64,000 nucleotides of DNA from Utricularia gibba (lineage: Eukaryota; Plantae; Magnoliophyta). Of this stretch, positions 1 to 12,501 are shown one piece after another. Where the stretch lies: positions 372,001 to 436,000 of the forward strand of contig NEEC01000004.1 in the NCBI GenBank assembly GCA_002189035.1. The letters run 5' to 3'. Every line of letters starts with the position of its first letter. Position 1 is the first letter of the stretch. Below the pieces are notes generated by a model that was given only the letters and a program-made list of their open reading frames with translations, ran no database searches and had not been told where the DNA came from. A program made the position numbers and the translations under genes.

Positions 1-147
1 TGTTGTTTTTAGGGGCAAGGTTTGTCCAGAAAGAGTTTACCATTTTTATCATGCACGTCACTGCTATATTCAGCATAGTGGCATTACAGTCCCCAAAACT
101 CTAAGCGATTGATGAGGTTTGATTTCTTCAGTTTTTGCATTTTGTAG

Positions 148-644
148 GATACGATTGGCTTGAGATCATTTACTGCTGGAGGGAAGCTGTTACAGGTAAC
201 GCATGCCACCTTTATTAATATGTTTTACTGCCACATGCTATATATTCTTTTTTTAATGAGCATAAAAAATGAAGTGCAAGCAGGTGGCCAATGCATGTCT
301 GTAATGGAAAATGTTATATATGCTAACACCGGAGCCCCTCTCAACTGTGATTAATCTTGCAGATAAACCGAAGGATGGAGCTGGTATTTGCGAGTCACAG
401 TTTTGATGTTTGGGAAAGCTGGACATTTGATGGCTGTTTGGAAGAGTGCAGGCTGGTGAACTGCAGAAACTCCCATGTAAGTCTGTTTTCAAGTCACCAT
501 TTATCCATCTCTCCGTTCGTAGCCTTCAAATAGAAGCAGTGCGTAATCATGTTGATTGTCTGTTTACCACAGGCCATTCTAGATGCTCGCATTGAGATAT
601 TAGCAGCTCTTGGTGAAGATGGCATCACCCGCTGGCTGGAGTAG
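148..644 (+). CDS. 3' exons of an uncharacterised gene (5' part not resolved); exons 148-195, 363-476, 573-644
   Basis: Three GT-AG-bounded phase-0 exons join into DTIGLRSFTAGGKLLQ-INRRMELVFASHSFDVWESWTFDGCLEECRLVNCRNSH-AILDARIEILAALGEDGITRWLE*. Family not recognised. Confidence 0.6.
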
Positions 645-1178
645 AGTAGGTCACCTGTAACTATGGGTTGATTGATTAACACCATTGTTATTGTCTGCTA
701 AACCCTACTGTAATATGTTGTTCAGGATTTTGGCTTTCTAACATAGCCTAGTAAACAGGAATTCATTCAGCTTGTTGTGCGGGTATACAAAATCCCGTTT
801 TCATGCTTTTCTGGTTTGCCCCATTTCCAACGCTTCATCTCTGTCGCCCAAAGGCGAACGTATCTCTATTTTACCTTTTAAGTTTGTTTTTAGAAAGAAA
901 GATGATGTTACCCAACCCAGAAGTGTTAACTGGTTAAGTCGAACATCCCCAAGTAGTGCTCCCCTGATAAAGATTGATTGGTAAAATATGGAATCATTGC
1001 AAATCTCCCAGCAAAATCTGATTGGGAGATGATCATTGCGAAAGTTGAAGTGATCAGCTGCATTAAGTGAACGAATTCGAAGTGTTTCATTGTATGCGTA
1101 CGTTCCAGAAAATTCAGGCGATCTTGCTTGAATTGATTCCTTGGAGTTTACTGGATTTGTACGCGGTACTCCTTTTCG

Positions 1179-4100
1179 ATGGGAAAGTTCGTCGATGAAC
1201 CACCGGTGACTGGAGACTGTACAGTCAAGCAGGTTTAGTTCAATTCTATTTCTCTGATTCAGAGTTTGAACAAGATTGTGAGTGAATTTAGGATACTCCA
1301 TGCATGTGTATTTGGTTGCAGAGGCTGAACCCGAAAAGGCGAAAGGAGAAAGTAGTTATTGGTTGTGGTGCTGGATTTGGAGGCGACCGTCCTCTCGCAG
1401 CGCTGAAATTGCTTGAGAGAGTGAAAGAGCTGGACTACATCGTGCTTGAATGTCTCGCCGAACGCACTCTGGCGGAGCGCCACGCTGCGATTAAGTCCGG
1501 CGGGAAAGGCTACGATCCTCGTGGTACTTTTTTTTATCCGAGAAGCGAAATTTCAGTATATGTCGTAAAGATCATACTTGGGCTCTATGAGTTACAATAA
1601 AAGGAAAAATGCCCATTGTAGAGTGAATTATATAAACTAAATGTTTCCCATATCAGTTAACTTCCCGAAAGCATCTCCAAATGGGATGCCTTGATTTCCC
1701 TCCCATTAGGAGTTTGATGTTTCTTTGATCCGGCGTTACATGGTGTGTAATCTGTGTCTTACTGGATATGCAGTTTCAGAGTGGATGGAGTTGCTTTTAC
1801 CATTGGCTGTTGAAAGAGGAGTCTGCATTATTACAAATATGGGCGCTAGTGAGATTGAATTGTTCATCATCTGTAGGTTTGAAATTTTTGATTTTTTATG
1901 CTCATAAAAATATGTTGCTCGTTTCCCTGTAGAATCTCCTCATGGTGCTCAAGAGGAGGTTTTAAAAATTGCAAGTAAATTGGGGATTAGGCTTACAGTT
2001 GGCTTAGCATATGAATCATCTCTCGTAGGGATAGGTATGATTGTTTAGTGATACAGTAAGAAATTCTTCTTCTACTGAATCTGGGATGCTGACAATTAAT
2101 TTTTGTTCTTTTGGCCTCTTCAGAAGTTGATGAGCAGGTAAAATGTTGATAGTGTTAGATTTTTTATTCTCTTTCTTGTCTATATAATTACTTCAATGGA
2201 AAATTTGAAACTTTATTGGTAGGATGTGAGCGTCTATTTGGGTGCTGCTCCGATTGTTGAGTGTCTGGAGAGATACACACCGGATGTTGTTATTACGTCT
2301 CGTGTTGCAGATGCTTCTTTATTCTTGGCTCCAATGGTATAAACCTGCACAGCATTTTAACTGACTAAGAACCTTAGACATTTAAAAAATGCTCTTTTTT
2401 CGATCTGTTTTCACTTATTATGAACTGAATAGAGGTTATTCCACATCTGAGCAGGTTTTTGAATTGGGTTGGAACTGGAGTGACTGGCAGCTCCTTGCTC
2501 AAGGTTCGCTGGCTGGCCACCTTCTGGAGTGTGGATGCCAGCTTACTGGTGGATACTATATGCATCCAGGTTATATCTCTAGTAATCCCTCTAATATCGT
2601 AAGTTTCTATTTAGTATAATCTAGTCCCCCTGAGAATTCTCTCTATTGATTCCAGGTGATGAACATCGGAAGATGTCATTTGATGATCTGCTTAACATAT
2701 CTCTTCCATTTGCTGAAGTTACGTTTGATGGTAAAGTGTGTGTTGCAAAGCCTGAATGTAGCGGAGGTGTTCTTAACTACAGCACTTGTGCTGAGCAACT
2801 TCTCTATGAGGTTGGGGATCCTGGTGCCTACTTCACGCCTGATGTGGTATGCTGTTTGTGGCCTATGTGGAATTCGATACATAGCAGAAAAATGACTAAG
2901 ACGGAATTGCTTATTGCACAAACAGGTAGTAGATTTTCTAGATGTGACATTTCAGCCATTATCGGTTAACAGGGTTCTCTGCTCTGGAGCGAAGCCAACT
3001 TTTCATTTCGCACCACAGCAATTGCTCTTATTAAGATCAAAGGTATCCTTTGGCTATCAACAATAAAATTATATGCAAAATAAAACAACAATACCCAACG
3101 CATTGTCCATATCGAATGAATTCACAAAATTTGTTGCATGTCATGCAATCTGTTTTCAACAGAATTGGTAGATTCTTCCAATTCATGATTCAGGTTTTCT
3201 TTCCTTGCAGGAAAGTGGATGGAAAGGCTGGGGAGAAATTTCTTACGGCGGTTATGGAACAGTGCAAAGAGCTAAAACTGCTGAGCTATTGGTAAAATTT
3301 TCCTGCATTTATACAGCGTTGTGTTGTCAACCTGCCTTCGTCGTTTCTTCTTTTATTTCATCGTTTGATCTTATTGACAAACGGCCATAGGTACGGGCAT
3401 GGATGGAAGAATCATGTCCTGGTAAAGGCAAGGATATCATTTCTTACATTATCGGGTTGGATAGCCTAAAAGTGTCTCTTGCCAATGATATTCAATCAAA
3501 TACGAGTGCGGATATTAGACTAAGGATGGATGGCGTGTTTGAGGAGGAAGAGCACGCTTCCAAGTTCACAAAGGAGTTCACCGCATTATACACCAATGGG
3601 CCTGCTGGCGGTGGAGGCATCAGGTTTTATATATTTTTTTTCTTGAGCTCCCAGCTACCCCTTTTCCCCGATGTATTTTCTACACTACCATACCCTGCTT
3701 TATCATTTTCCAATATTTGCATGATCGACCTTCACAAATTTAAGTTGATTTAATCTCTTGATATTGATATTTGATGCAGCACTGGATACAAGAAGGAGAT
3801 GGTTCTTCAGAAAGAACTGGTACTCTCATTTTGGTTTGTGTAACATAATAACCTCGTATTTACACCTGCCATTCATCATTTTATTCGCTCTGCAGATTGG
3901 ACGTGAATATGTGAACTGGCAAGTTTCTGCTGCTCAAAACGGCATAACCTGCTCAGCTAAAGTGAATCGTAGCCATCAGGATGAATCAGGAATAGTTATG
4001 CAGATCTCAAACCAAGAATCCTCAGACCTGGAAGTGTATCCATCTGGTGCTCCCTCAGGCCAAGAAATTTCATTATACGATGTAGCCCATAGCAGGGCAG

Positions 4101-4438
4101 GTGACAAAGGAAACGATCTCAACTTCTCACTGATTCCATATTATCTGCCTGATATCAAGAGGCTGAGGATGATTGTGACTCAGGATTGGGTTAAGGAAGT
4201 GGTCTCAAAGCTTTTCAATCCCACTTCCTTCCCAGATGCAGAAGAAATTGCTAGAAGAGACGAGTGGATTAGAGACCATGTCAACGTGGAGATTTATGAA
4301 GTCAGGGGCATCCACTCCCTGAATGTCGTGGTAAGGAATATTCTTGATGGCGGAGTAAACTGCTCAAGGAGGATCGATAGACATGGCAAGACCATATCTG
4401 ACCTGGTGTTGTCTCAGAGAGTGGTGTTGCCTCCTTGA
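1179..4438 (+). CDS. AtuA-like / DUF1446 (acyclic terpene utilisation family) protein, multi-exon
   Basis: Exon 1 (1179-1232, MGKFVDEPPVTGDCTVKQ) splices to RLNPKRRKEKVVIGCGAGFGGDRPLAALKLL. Further motifs: LECLAERT, GHLLECGCQLTGGYYMHPG, GWGEISYGG, ALYTNGPAGGGG, and a C-terminal ferredoxin-like part SLYDVAHSRAGDKGND. Stop at 4438. Confidence 0.9.
3043..3210 (+). other. Putative U12-type (minor spliceosome) GT-AG intron in the AtuA-like gene
   Basis: The 5' splice site AAG|GTATCCTTT matches the U12 consensus RTATCCTTT. Splicing gives in-frame LLRSK|ESGWKGWGE. Branch-site match is only partial. Confidence 0.6.
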
Positions 4439-4962
4439 GGTATGCTGCTGCTGATTCAATTCCATTTTTAGCAAGTGTCCAGTTTTTAAATTTTTAGTGT
4501 TGGTGTTATGAATGTTGTCTCTTTCAGAAAGTTGTAAGTGAATCCTTAGTTAACATTTTGAAATCATTGATCATACAGATAAATTGTCACTTTCCATGCC
4601 GAAATGACTTTTTTTTTTTTTTTTTTTTTGCTGTACTCCAGGTACCACAAGAGGAGGGTAAGTTCCCCATCTCCAACCATTCTCCTACTTTTTGGCCGCC
4701 CAATAAATCAAGCCATTCGTCTCCACACTATACGGGTTGCGACCAATTTGCATCATCAATACCCCTTTTGCTGTGAGATCCATGGGATCTCTGTTTTTGT
4801 TCCTTGTTTCTTGACGGTAGAGCTCTCAACTTCTGAATCAAATTTCTAAGAAGTGGAGAGCACCCTACCGTTGAGTTGTTGAAATAAATAGTGATTTTTT
4901 TTAGAAAGTTTCAATAGCTGCAAAGATTTTGGATTTGTTTCTTGAAACTTGTGAGATCAAGA

Positions 4963-5932
4963 ATGGCGGCAGCATTCACAGGAACTTTGGACAAATGCAA
5001 GGCTTGTGATAAGACCGTGCATTTTGTAGATTTGCTTACGGCAGATGGATCAATCTATCATAAATCCTGTTTCAAATGCACTCATTGCAGAGGAACTCTT
5101 GTGGTAGAGTCACTCTTTCTTCATTCAAAATTTGCTTTGAATGCAAACTTGCGCACCTTCCCAACCATTCAAATGTATCATTTGATGCGCAGATGAGCAA
5201 TTACTCCTCTATGGATGGAGTTCTCTACTGCAAAACCCATTTCGAGCAACTTTTTAAGGAGTCCGGAAATTTCAGCAAGAACTTTCAAACTTGTAAGAAA
5301 CTGCATCATTCATCTTTCTCAGTACCTTTGCAACTCTATGTTATACTCATCAAAAGCTTCTCTGAATTTGTTGCTCTGATGAATGATGGGATGCATGCAG
5401 CTAAGCCAGAGAGAGAGAATTCTCTGGTGAGTGCCTAAAAGATGTGGAATTTGTTCTTTCTCCTATCCATTTCAAGAAATGCCTAAACGAGCAGCTGATA
5501 TGATATAGTCCCGATTTCTCACAGACAACGGCGAGCAGCAAGCTTTCAGCATTTTTCTCCGGCACACAGGACAAGTGCGCTGCTTGCACAAAAACTGTGT
5601 ACCCTCTTGACAAGGTTGTTGCTCTATCAAAAAGACGTACATTTATATCTCAGTTTGGAATTTGACTAGGCACTGAGAATATAAAGCTGAAACAGGTGAC
5701 TATGGAGGGAGAATCCTATCACAGAACATGCTTCAGGTGTGCACATGGGGGCTGTCCTCTCACACACTCATCGTATGCAGCCATGGATGGGATTCTCTAC
5801 TGTAGGGTGCACTTTCAGCAGCTCTTCATGGTGAAGGGAAACTATCAGCATCTTCAGAGAGCAGCCATTCAGAAAAAGTCAACTGAAGAAAATGATCATG
5901 AGACCAAATCTGACAAGTCCCAAGAGCAGTAA
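4963..5932 (+). CDS. LIM domain protein (two LIM zinc fingers, PLIM2-type), multi-exon
   Basis: MAAAFTGTLDKCKACDKTVHFVDLLTADG, YHKSCFKCTHCRGTL, DGVLYCKTHFEQLFKESG, FSGTQDKCAACTKTVYPLDK, MEGESYHRTCFRCAHGGC. Confidence 0.92.
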
Positions 5933-6331
5933 CCGAACATTCTTTTTCCTTTCCTTCTGTTTCTACTAACTCTTCCTTCCACAACTCTTGTTCTAAAATT
6001 TCTCTGCATTCATGTTCTTAGCCTCATTTAATGAAGAGGGGTCTTTGCAATACATACTTACCGTGAGGCTCTCATTTGTATTTAGAAATAATCACAACTC
6101 TTTAGAAAATGTTTTCACTAGCTTTTCCAGATACGCTCATTGAAAATCGTATTTGAAAAGAATAAAAGACAACCTGGGAGGACTGTATTTTCAAACCGAA
6201 AACATGGTTTCAATTGAAGAGTTCACGGAGCTACATCAAATGAGTGTTTGGTCAACAGACTGATAAAGATGAAGAAAAGTCTAGCAAATTGCCTGCGCAA
6301 CGCAGCATACACAAGGGACCAATTTAGTTTC

Positions 6332-7266
6332 TTAGTCCATGGATGATTCTTTCCATCCTCCATAGTTCTCTTCATCATAGTTGCCTACGTCTCTCTGCAT
6401 ACACAATGCACATACACCTCATGCAACCGAAATTTTCAGAACCTTGCGAAATAAGGAAAAAATACCTCATAAGTGAAGTTGAGGCCAATCTTGATCTCTC
6501 CACAGTACTCCTCGTTCTTAACAACACTGTATGAGATTGGTGGAACGCTTTCTTCTGCAAAAACAGCCTCTAGAGGGATCCTGGGAATTCCAAAATCATG
6601 CGGTAACATCGATTTACAGGATGAAAACTTACTACAAGTACTACTACTCACGTAGCTTCGCCAACGAAATCATCAGCAGAAAAGTTATCTTTGTCCATTA
6701 GTTTGATGTTCAGTTCAGTGACCCCATGAGATATGGTGAAGAGGAAGGTCTCGTTCCACTCCGGGCTCGATCCTTGCCCTGCTTTTACACCACAAACACT
6801 TCTATAAAAGCAACTAACAATAGGCAAAATATCACCACAACAGGCTACCTTGTGCTACACTGCTTTTCTTCTCCTGCGTTCGTATTGTAAGAACTGCGTA
6901 AGGATCCATTCCAGCTGCAATCACGGAAACTAATTTGCATCAAGCAAAGGCTCGATAATTCATCCAGAACAACATGGAACATATTAGATAAAGTTGGTTC
7001 CTTTTTGCTTCTACAAAGTCAACTCTAAGTCAGAGGTGAGTAAAAACCCAGATTTTCGTGATGGAAGAATACAGAATTCAGGGGCTGATGAAGACTGCAA
7101 ATTTCAGCTCTGCGCCGAGCCAAGTTCCCCGAAATCATGAAAGCAACGAGATCCATATAAAATAACGACGATACCGAAAAAAAGAGAAAAAAAACGTACA
7201 CAAGAAATCCTTGTTCTCGAGGCCTTTGGCGCTGATGAGAAGAACTTCAAGCGTTCCACGAGGCAT
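6332..7266 (-). CDS. Single C2-domain protein, elicitor-responsive protein 3-like; 5 exons
   Basis: Exons join to MPRGTLEVLLISAKGLENKDFL...MDPYAVLTIRTQEKKSSVAQ...SPEWNETFLFTI...LMDKDNFSADDFVGEA...IPLEAVFAEESVPPISYSVVKNEEYCGEIKIGLNFTYE-RDVGNYDEENYGGWKESSMD*. Confidence 0.88.
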
Positions 7267-8533
7267 CTTCGACGCGAACGAACTGCGGTGGAAGAGACGG
7301 AAAATGAGCAATTAACACCAGCAGCAGCGCGTCACTGCTCTGTCGCGGCAGTTACGTCTGTCCGAGTAATGAATGGATTATGGACAAAAAATATGGCGTT
7401 AAAAACGACAAATCCCACCAATGGCAGCGTCAGTAACTTTAATTCACTATTTTCTATTCCAGAAAATCTTTTCTTTTTTTATAATAATAATATTCATAAT
7501 AACAACGCATTCACGGTAATTCGGTAATCAGCAACGTCCCTCATCGGACCCGGCAGTCTCAGGCGACCAAGAGGGAGAAATGCGGTTGGATGTCAAAGAA
7601 GTCTAATCGCTCACGAGCCTCTTGAAGCTCATCCAAGGCTCTGTCGGCATCGGAGAGGTCCCGGTGAAGTAGACGCGCGTCGGAAGAAATAGTGCCACGG
7701 TGGCAGCGGAGTTCGGCTGGCGCCGGGATGGCTCAAAGGGGAAGGCAATTTTCATAACCTAAAGAGGCAAGTAAACAGATAAAGAAGCCAATTCATCCGA
7801 GTTTCCTAAGGAAAGAAATGCAAACTTCTCCAAACAAAAACAAATGTGAACCGCTGAAGGATTATGGAGAATGGAGATAATGATCCACCATGACGATGTG
7901 AAGCATGTTGAAAGCATGTTGGCTGGGCGGCCTGGATAGTGGCAATGCACATTGGGGCTGCATCATGTGATTAAAAGAACATGATGCAGGGGAGTGCACA
8001 GAGGCTGTGTAGCGGGAATCCCATCTGTGCTTTTAAGCCTAAAGCAATGGAGGAGAGCAGCTTAGTTTGCTCCATTTTTCTCGTATCATTAAGAAATCAC
8101 CCAGAAGTATCTATGATCTGTGTTGTGCTGTTGTGCTTGTGAGATAAGTGCTCGAATTCATTATATTTCTTGAAGCTACATGGAGAATTCTCATTTGAGT
8201 GAAACTCTGTTTGTCATTGCTAGTTTATGTATGTGTATAAAATTGCTGACAGTAGTTCATAAGATCATGTCCGAGCACTACAGACGATATCCGGGCACTC
8301 GGTACTCAGGCTCTACAGAAGGTATCCGGGCAGTGCATTGAGGAATTGGCAACACTTGATTTTCAACAAAACAGTGTATGTTTTCCAGTTAAACAAGACA
8401 TCCATGTCAAGGATATGATTATTGCAACTACATGCAAACCAGAAAAAGTACATGACTGTGGATCACTATGGAGGCACATCGAATTATATGAACATGAAAT
8501 GGTTCTACATGCTGATCATGGAGGAAGCCTCCT

Positions 8534-9896
8534 TCAGGCGGTCTTAGCCTTTGGATGGGAAGGAAGCAGCTGAAATAAAACAGACGCACGATCACCATGC
8601 CACAACAATACAATAAACAGTGTTATTTCGGGATGATTAAATCATTTGCTGCAGAGAGATACAGATAAGTTGAAGATTTGATGTCAAGGAACTACTCTAG
8701 ATGAAACTCAGTTACGTGCATATCATGTGATAAAAGGATTGGGAGATGTCTATCATCATAGAGAAGGGGAGATACCTGGTAGCAGGAGATGAGCGAGGTA
8801 GCAAAGCCGAAAGCACCAGTTACACGAGGTGTAATTTTCTTGGGTGCTAATTGAAGCAAGCCAATAGCAACAACTACATCCAATGATGCTTTAATGAGGG
8901 CGAGTGATCTCTCATTGGATTTCTGAAGCTTACTTTGATATCGCTCATCCTACAATGATGGATCATCGAGGAAAAATTTATAAGAAGACTGTCAAAATGG
9001 ACAAACCCCATTCCAGCAAACCTTGTATTTGTTAGTATTTTTCAGTTCCTTCTCTAGCTTCTTCATGGATGATGAAAGCCTTCCAAGTTCTCCAATCTAT
9101 TTTAACAAGTGAAAAGGTCAAAATGGAAACACTATTGATGAAGATAGAGAAATTAAATGCGTTGATTGAATACCTCAACCAAAGAGCTGCACACTGAAGA
9201 TCCCATCCAGCAAAAAAGAGAGATCCTCCCAAGTAACTCAGCGCGTTCCTTATTCTGCATTAAAAAACTTGCAGCTGTATGCAATCCCTTTCCGACTCAA
9301 TTACACGATACAGATTTGAAAAGCATACCTTGTATATGCCTGTCCTACCCAGCCACACAATTTGATCCAGGAACAAGAATGTTGATAAGAGTGCATTTTT
9401 TGACTGAAACGGAATCCATTCAATGGGGGAGTTTGCTACAAATGATTGCATAAAACAGAGTTTTCTACCTTTGTCAACAGAATCAATGGAAGTGGAGTTC
9501 CAGGAGCATTTGGACTAATGAGAGCATGAAGATCATTAATAAACTGTCAAAAGGCACGATGCATTCAAATAAGACAACAGGAGTCATAACTTATGAAATA
9601 ATAGATAAAACAAGAGGATTACCATAAAATAAACCAAAATACACCCAACAGTACACATGAACAAAATAGACATGAACAACCATATGGAACAGGAGTAAGC
9701 AGACCTTGAATAACCGGAAAACTTTTCGGGCCAAGCTTGTAGTTTTATCTACATTCTGAGCTGTTCCAGGCTCTCCATTACTCAAGAATTTTGAACCATA
9801 CTGTATTGCCCTGCATATCTTGTCCCTTGCTTCAGCTTTGTTCAGATACAACACAGCAAGCGCAAGCTCAGACCTTGCAACATCCAAAGAAGCCAT
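8534..9896 (-). CDS. PEX11: Peroxisomal membrane protein PEX11 (c/d/e clade)
   Basis: MASLDVARSELALAVLYLNKAEARDKICRAIQYGSKF, SKNALLSTFLFLDQIVWLGRTGIYK, DVVVAIGLLQLAPKKITPRVTGAFGF. Last exon LLPSHPKAKTA* has the KxKxx dilysine end typical of this clade. Confidence 0.93.
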
Positions 9897-10394
9897 CTTT
9901 TTTACAGACCTGACGAAGCCATCAACAACATAAATAAAGCAAATGTTCTCTGGCCCAACAAGGAATCCGAAAATTTTAAAACTCAATCAATGAAGCACAC
10001 AAATAAATATCTTTACAAGACTTGGCAAAAGCTTTTCCTTTACTCCCCAAGCATACACGTATACCAAAAAGCACAGAAGGTATTCATTCAACTAAAATCA
10101 ATTAGCCTCATGAAAGGAACACCTCAATAGATAAAGGATCAAACTTTTTCACACCCGCAAGCGGATGCCAGACAATTAACCAAAAAAAACACAGAATCGC
10201 TTAACCGGAATCACGTAAAGAGCATATCATTCTTACCCGCGAGGACACAAAGCTTTCCTTGAAATTCGCCCACACCTGATTTTTATACCAGATAAATGCC
10301 CTTAATTATGAAGAGTGGGGTGGCTGGATAAATGCGGAAGATTAAATTTTTCGAATAAAAAAGTATTTAGCATTGGGATTCGGTAGCCTTTCGG

Positions 10395-11681
10395 TGTCAT
10401 AACCCGGGTAGAAGTATGTTGCGTTTCGATGGTGATACAGCATGTGAAGGAGCTAAGGGAACGTGCATAGAGTGGCTACGAGGAACCCCTCTGCCTGGCG
10501 GTCCGCGCGCAACGAATCGGTCTGATCCGAACACGGCGTGCAACTCTTGTTAGAGGTGTACCGAACTCTTGGGTGATCCCCAAGGGTGCTCGTGGGAGAG
10601 ACCCACTTGAGCTACGGGACTCTATGCGATCGAGCAAGCATGCGTGCCCAAGGGATGGTGAGTGACGCGCTGGATGCTGGGCGGAGAGTGGTCGCGAGCC
10701 CAAGTGTTAGGTGAGACATGGCTAGTGTGGATTGGCCCAATGAGGTGTTGGAGAAGAGCCCAAGGGCCTAAGAAGTGTAAGAGGGCCGACCTTTCATATA
10801 CTGGGCCCGAAAGGTGAAGGGTTGGAAGAGGAAAGGGCGCAGAAACCCAACAGTCAGGAGGTAGGATATAAGGGCTTGGCATGGTGGCGGGTTTGGCATT
10901 CGAAATCAGAGAAGGAGCGCCACCATGCCGAGATATGGAAGGAGAAGGTCACGATTTGGCAGAAGGGGAAGGAGCCACACGAAGGTAAGGGGAAGCATGA
11001 GCCGGAAAGTACGAATAAGGGCCGAAGGGCCGTAAGTTGATGAGCCCGAAGGGGCGGGGTCGGACCCTTCGCCGAGGTATCTCCGACGGCAACCCAACGT
11101 GAGTTTGGGGGTAGATATCGCCGTGAGCTCCAAAGGGAGCGGGGTTGGGACGGATTACCGTGGCTGGTGTCCCTCCCGACGGTAACGTGATGTGCCATCA
11201 CGGGATGCACGCCCCTTGTGACCAATGGGTCTCTTATGATATATGTGTTTATGCTCTTACGACGATATGTGCTGATGATATGTTTACGATGATATGTGCC
11301 ATGCTTAAGCTGATGTGTTTATGGTTGGTAGTGTGGTCTACCCTATGCATATGTTGATCCCCTTACGAACTTATGTGTAGGTGAAGGTTCTGGTCGTGCG
11401 GAGACTGGCGGAGAGGCGGAGGGGCTGACGGAGTGAACTCGGAGGACCGGAGAGCCTGGGGAATAGAAGCAGCTGTTGTGCTCGTGCTTTTCCTTTATGT
11501 TCATGATGTGATTTCGTGGATTATGTTGGACCCTCTTTGCCGTATTTATGAATAAGATATTCCCCGGTAATCTCGTGTTCATGTGGGTTGAACGAATCAA
11601 ACCAAAGCCACCCAGGAGACAGGCCACGTTTCTGGGTGGGGTAACGACCATGGCTCCTAGGCCCCTTCTCGGGTCGTTACA
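10395..11681 (+). mobile_element. Solo LTR (1287 bp), probably Ty3/Gypsy Tekay/Del-like
   Basis: Starts TGTCATAACCC and ends GGGTCGTTACA (imperfect terminal inverted repeat, 8/11). Flanked by direct repeat TTTCGG at 10389-10394 and 11682-11687. GC-rich relative to flanks; no gag/pol. Lineage and strand are inferred from terminal motifs only. Confidence 0.75.
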
Positions 11682-12501
11682 TTTCGGGGCCACTCCATCC
11701 ATAATAGTTTATGGTTGTTGTGTCACAAAAATCCATATTTTAATCGAAATAACAATTCAATCAAAATCGAATACTGATTTCAATTAGAAAAAAACTGCAA
11801 GTCACAAAAGCCCATATAGAAAGTAAAGCACTTATTTGTATTAAAACAATTAATCTCATATCAACAATTAAAAATAAAATAATTAAATATATAACACAAT
11901 TATAAATTATTATTAATTGATTGAATCTAATATTTTTTAATATAATATACGTTTCTTATGTATTTGAAATTAACGTGTATTCATTCCACTTATTGAATTC
12001 TAACTTTCAATATTTCCTACATGTGCACTAACTTTCAATAGAATCCAAGATGATGAAGAAACCACACGCATGCTAACGGGCTACATTTATTGGGCTTATT
12101 TCCTACATGGGCCCTAACGGTCCAAATCAAGAATGTTCACAACTCACAAGAGGTGGTCATTGCCGGGTTGGACCGGGCCACTTGACAGATAGTTGGACCG
12201 CGCTGCGTGTCCTCTATTTATGATGCTCGAGGGGAGTGTCGCGGTGCAGTGCACCGGTGGCACACGCAGAACGGATGGGGCGTTTACTGTTGGCCGGTGG
12301 GAGTCAACAGATGCATCATTTATTTCAAGTATGGTGCACCCCATGCACTGGTAAATTCTCATTTCATATGACGCCAACCTCCTCCTAATCCAACTGTCCA
12401 GTGACATAAGTTCGCATCAACATTCAACTCCCAACGACCACTCGTGCGTTCTATATACATGGCATCACAAGTACGGCACCCCCGTGAAATTGGGATGCAA
12501 C

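Noticed and set aside
801-1301. 166-aa minus-strand ORF
   Set aside because: It overlaps the AtuA-like exon 1 and promoter on the opposite strand and has no recognisable motif. Likely a shadow ORF.
10476-11787. Several 70-120 aa ORFs on both strands
   Set aside because: They fall in or straddle the GC-rich solo LTR and show no gag/pol or other similarity.
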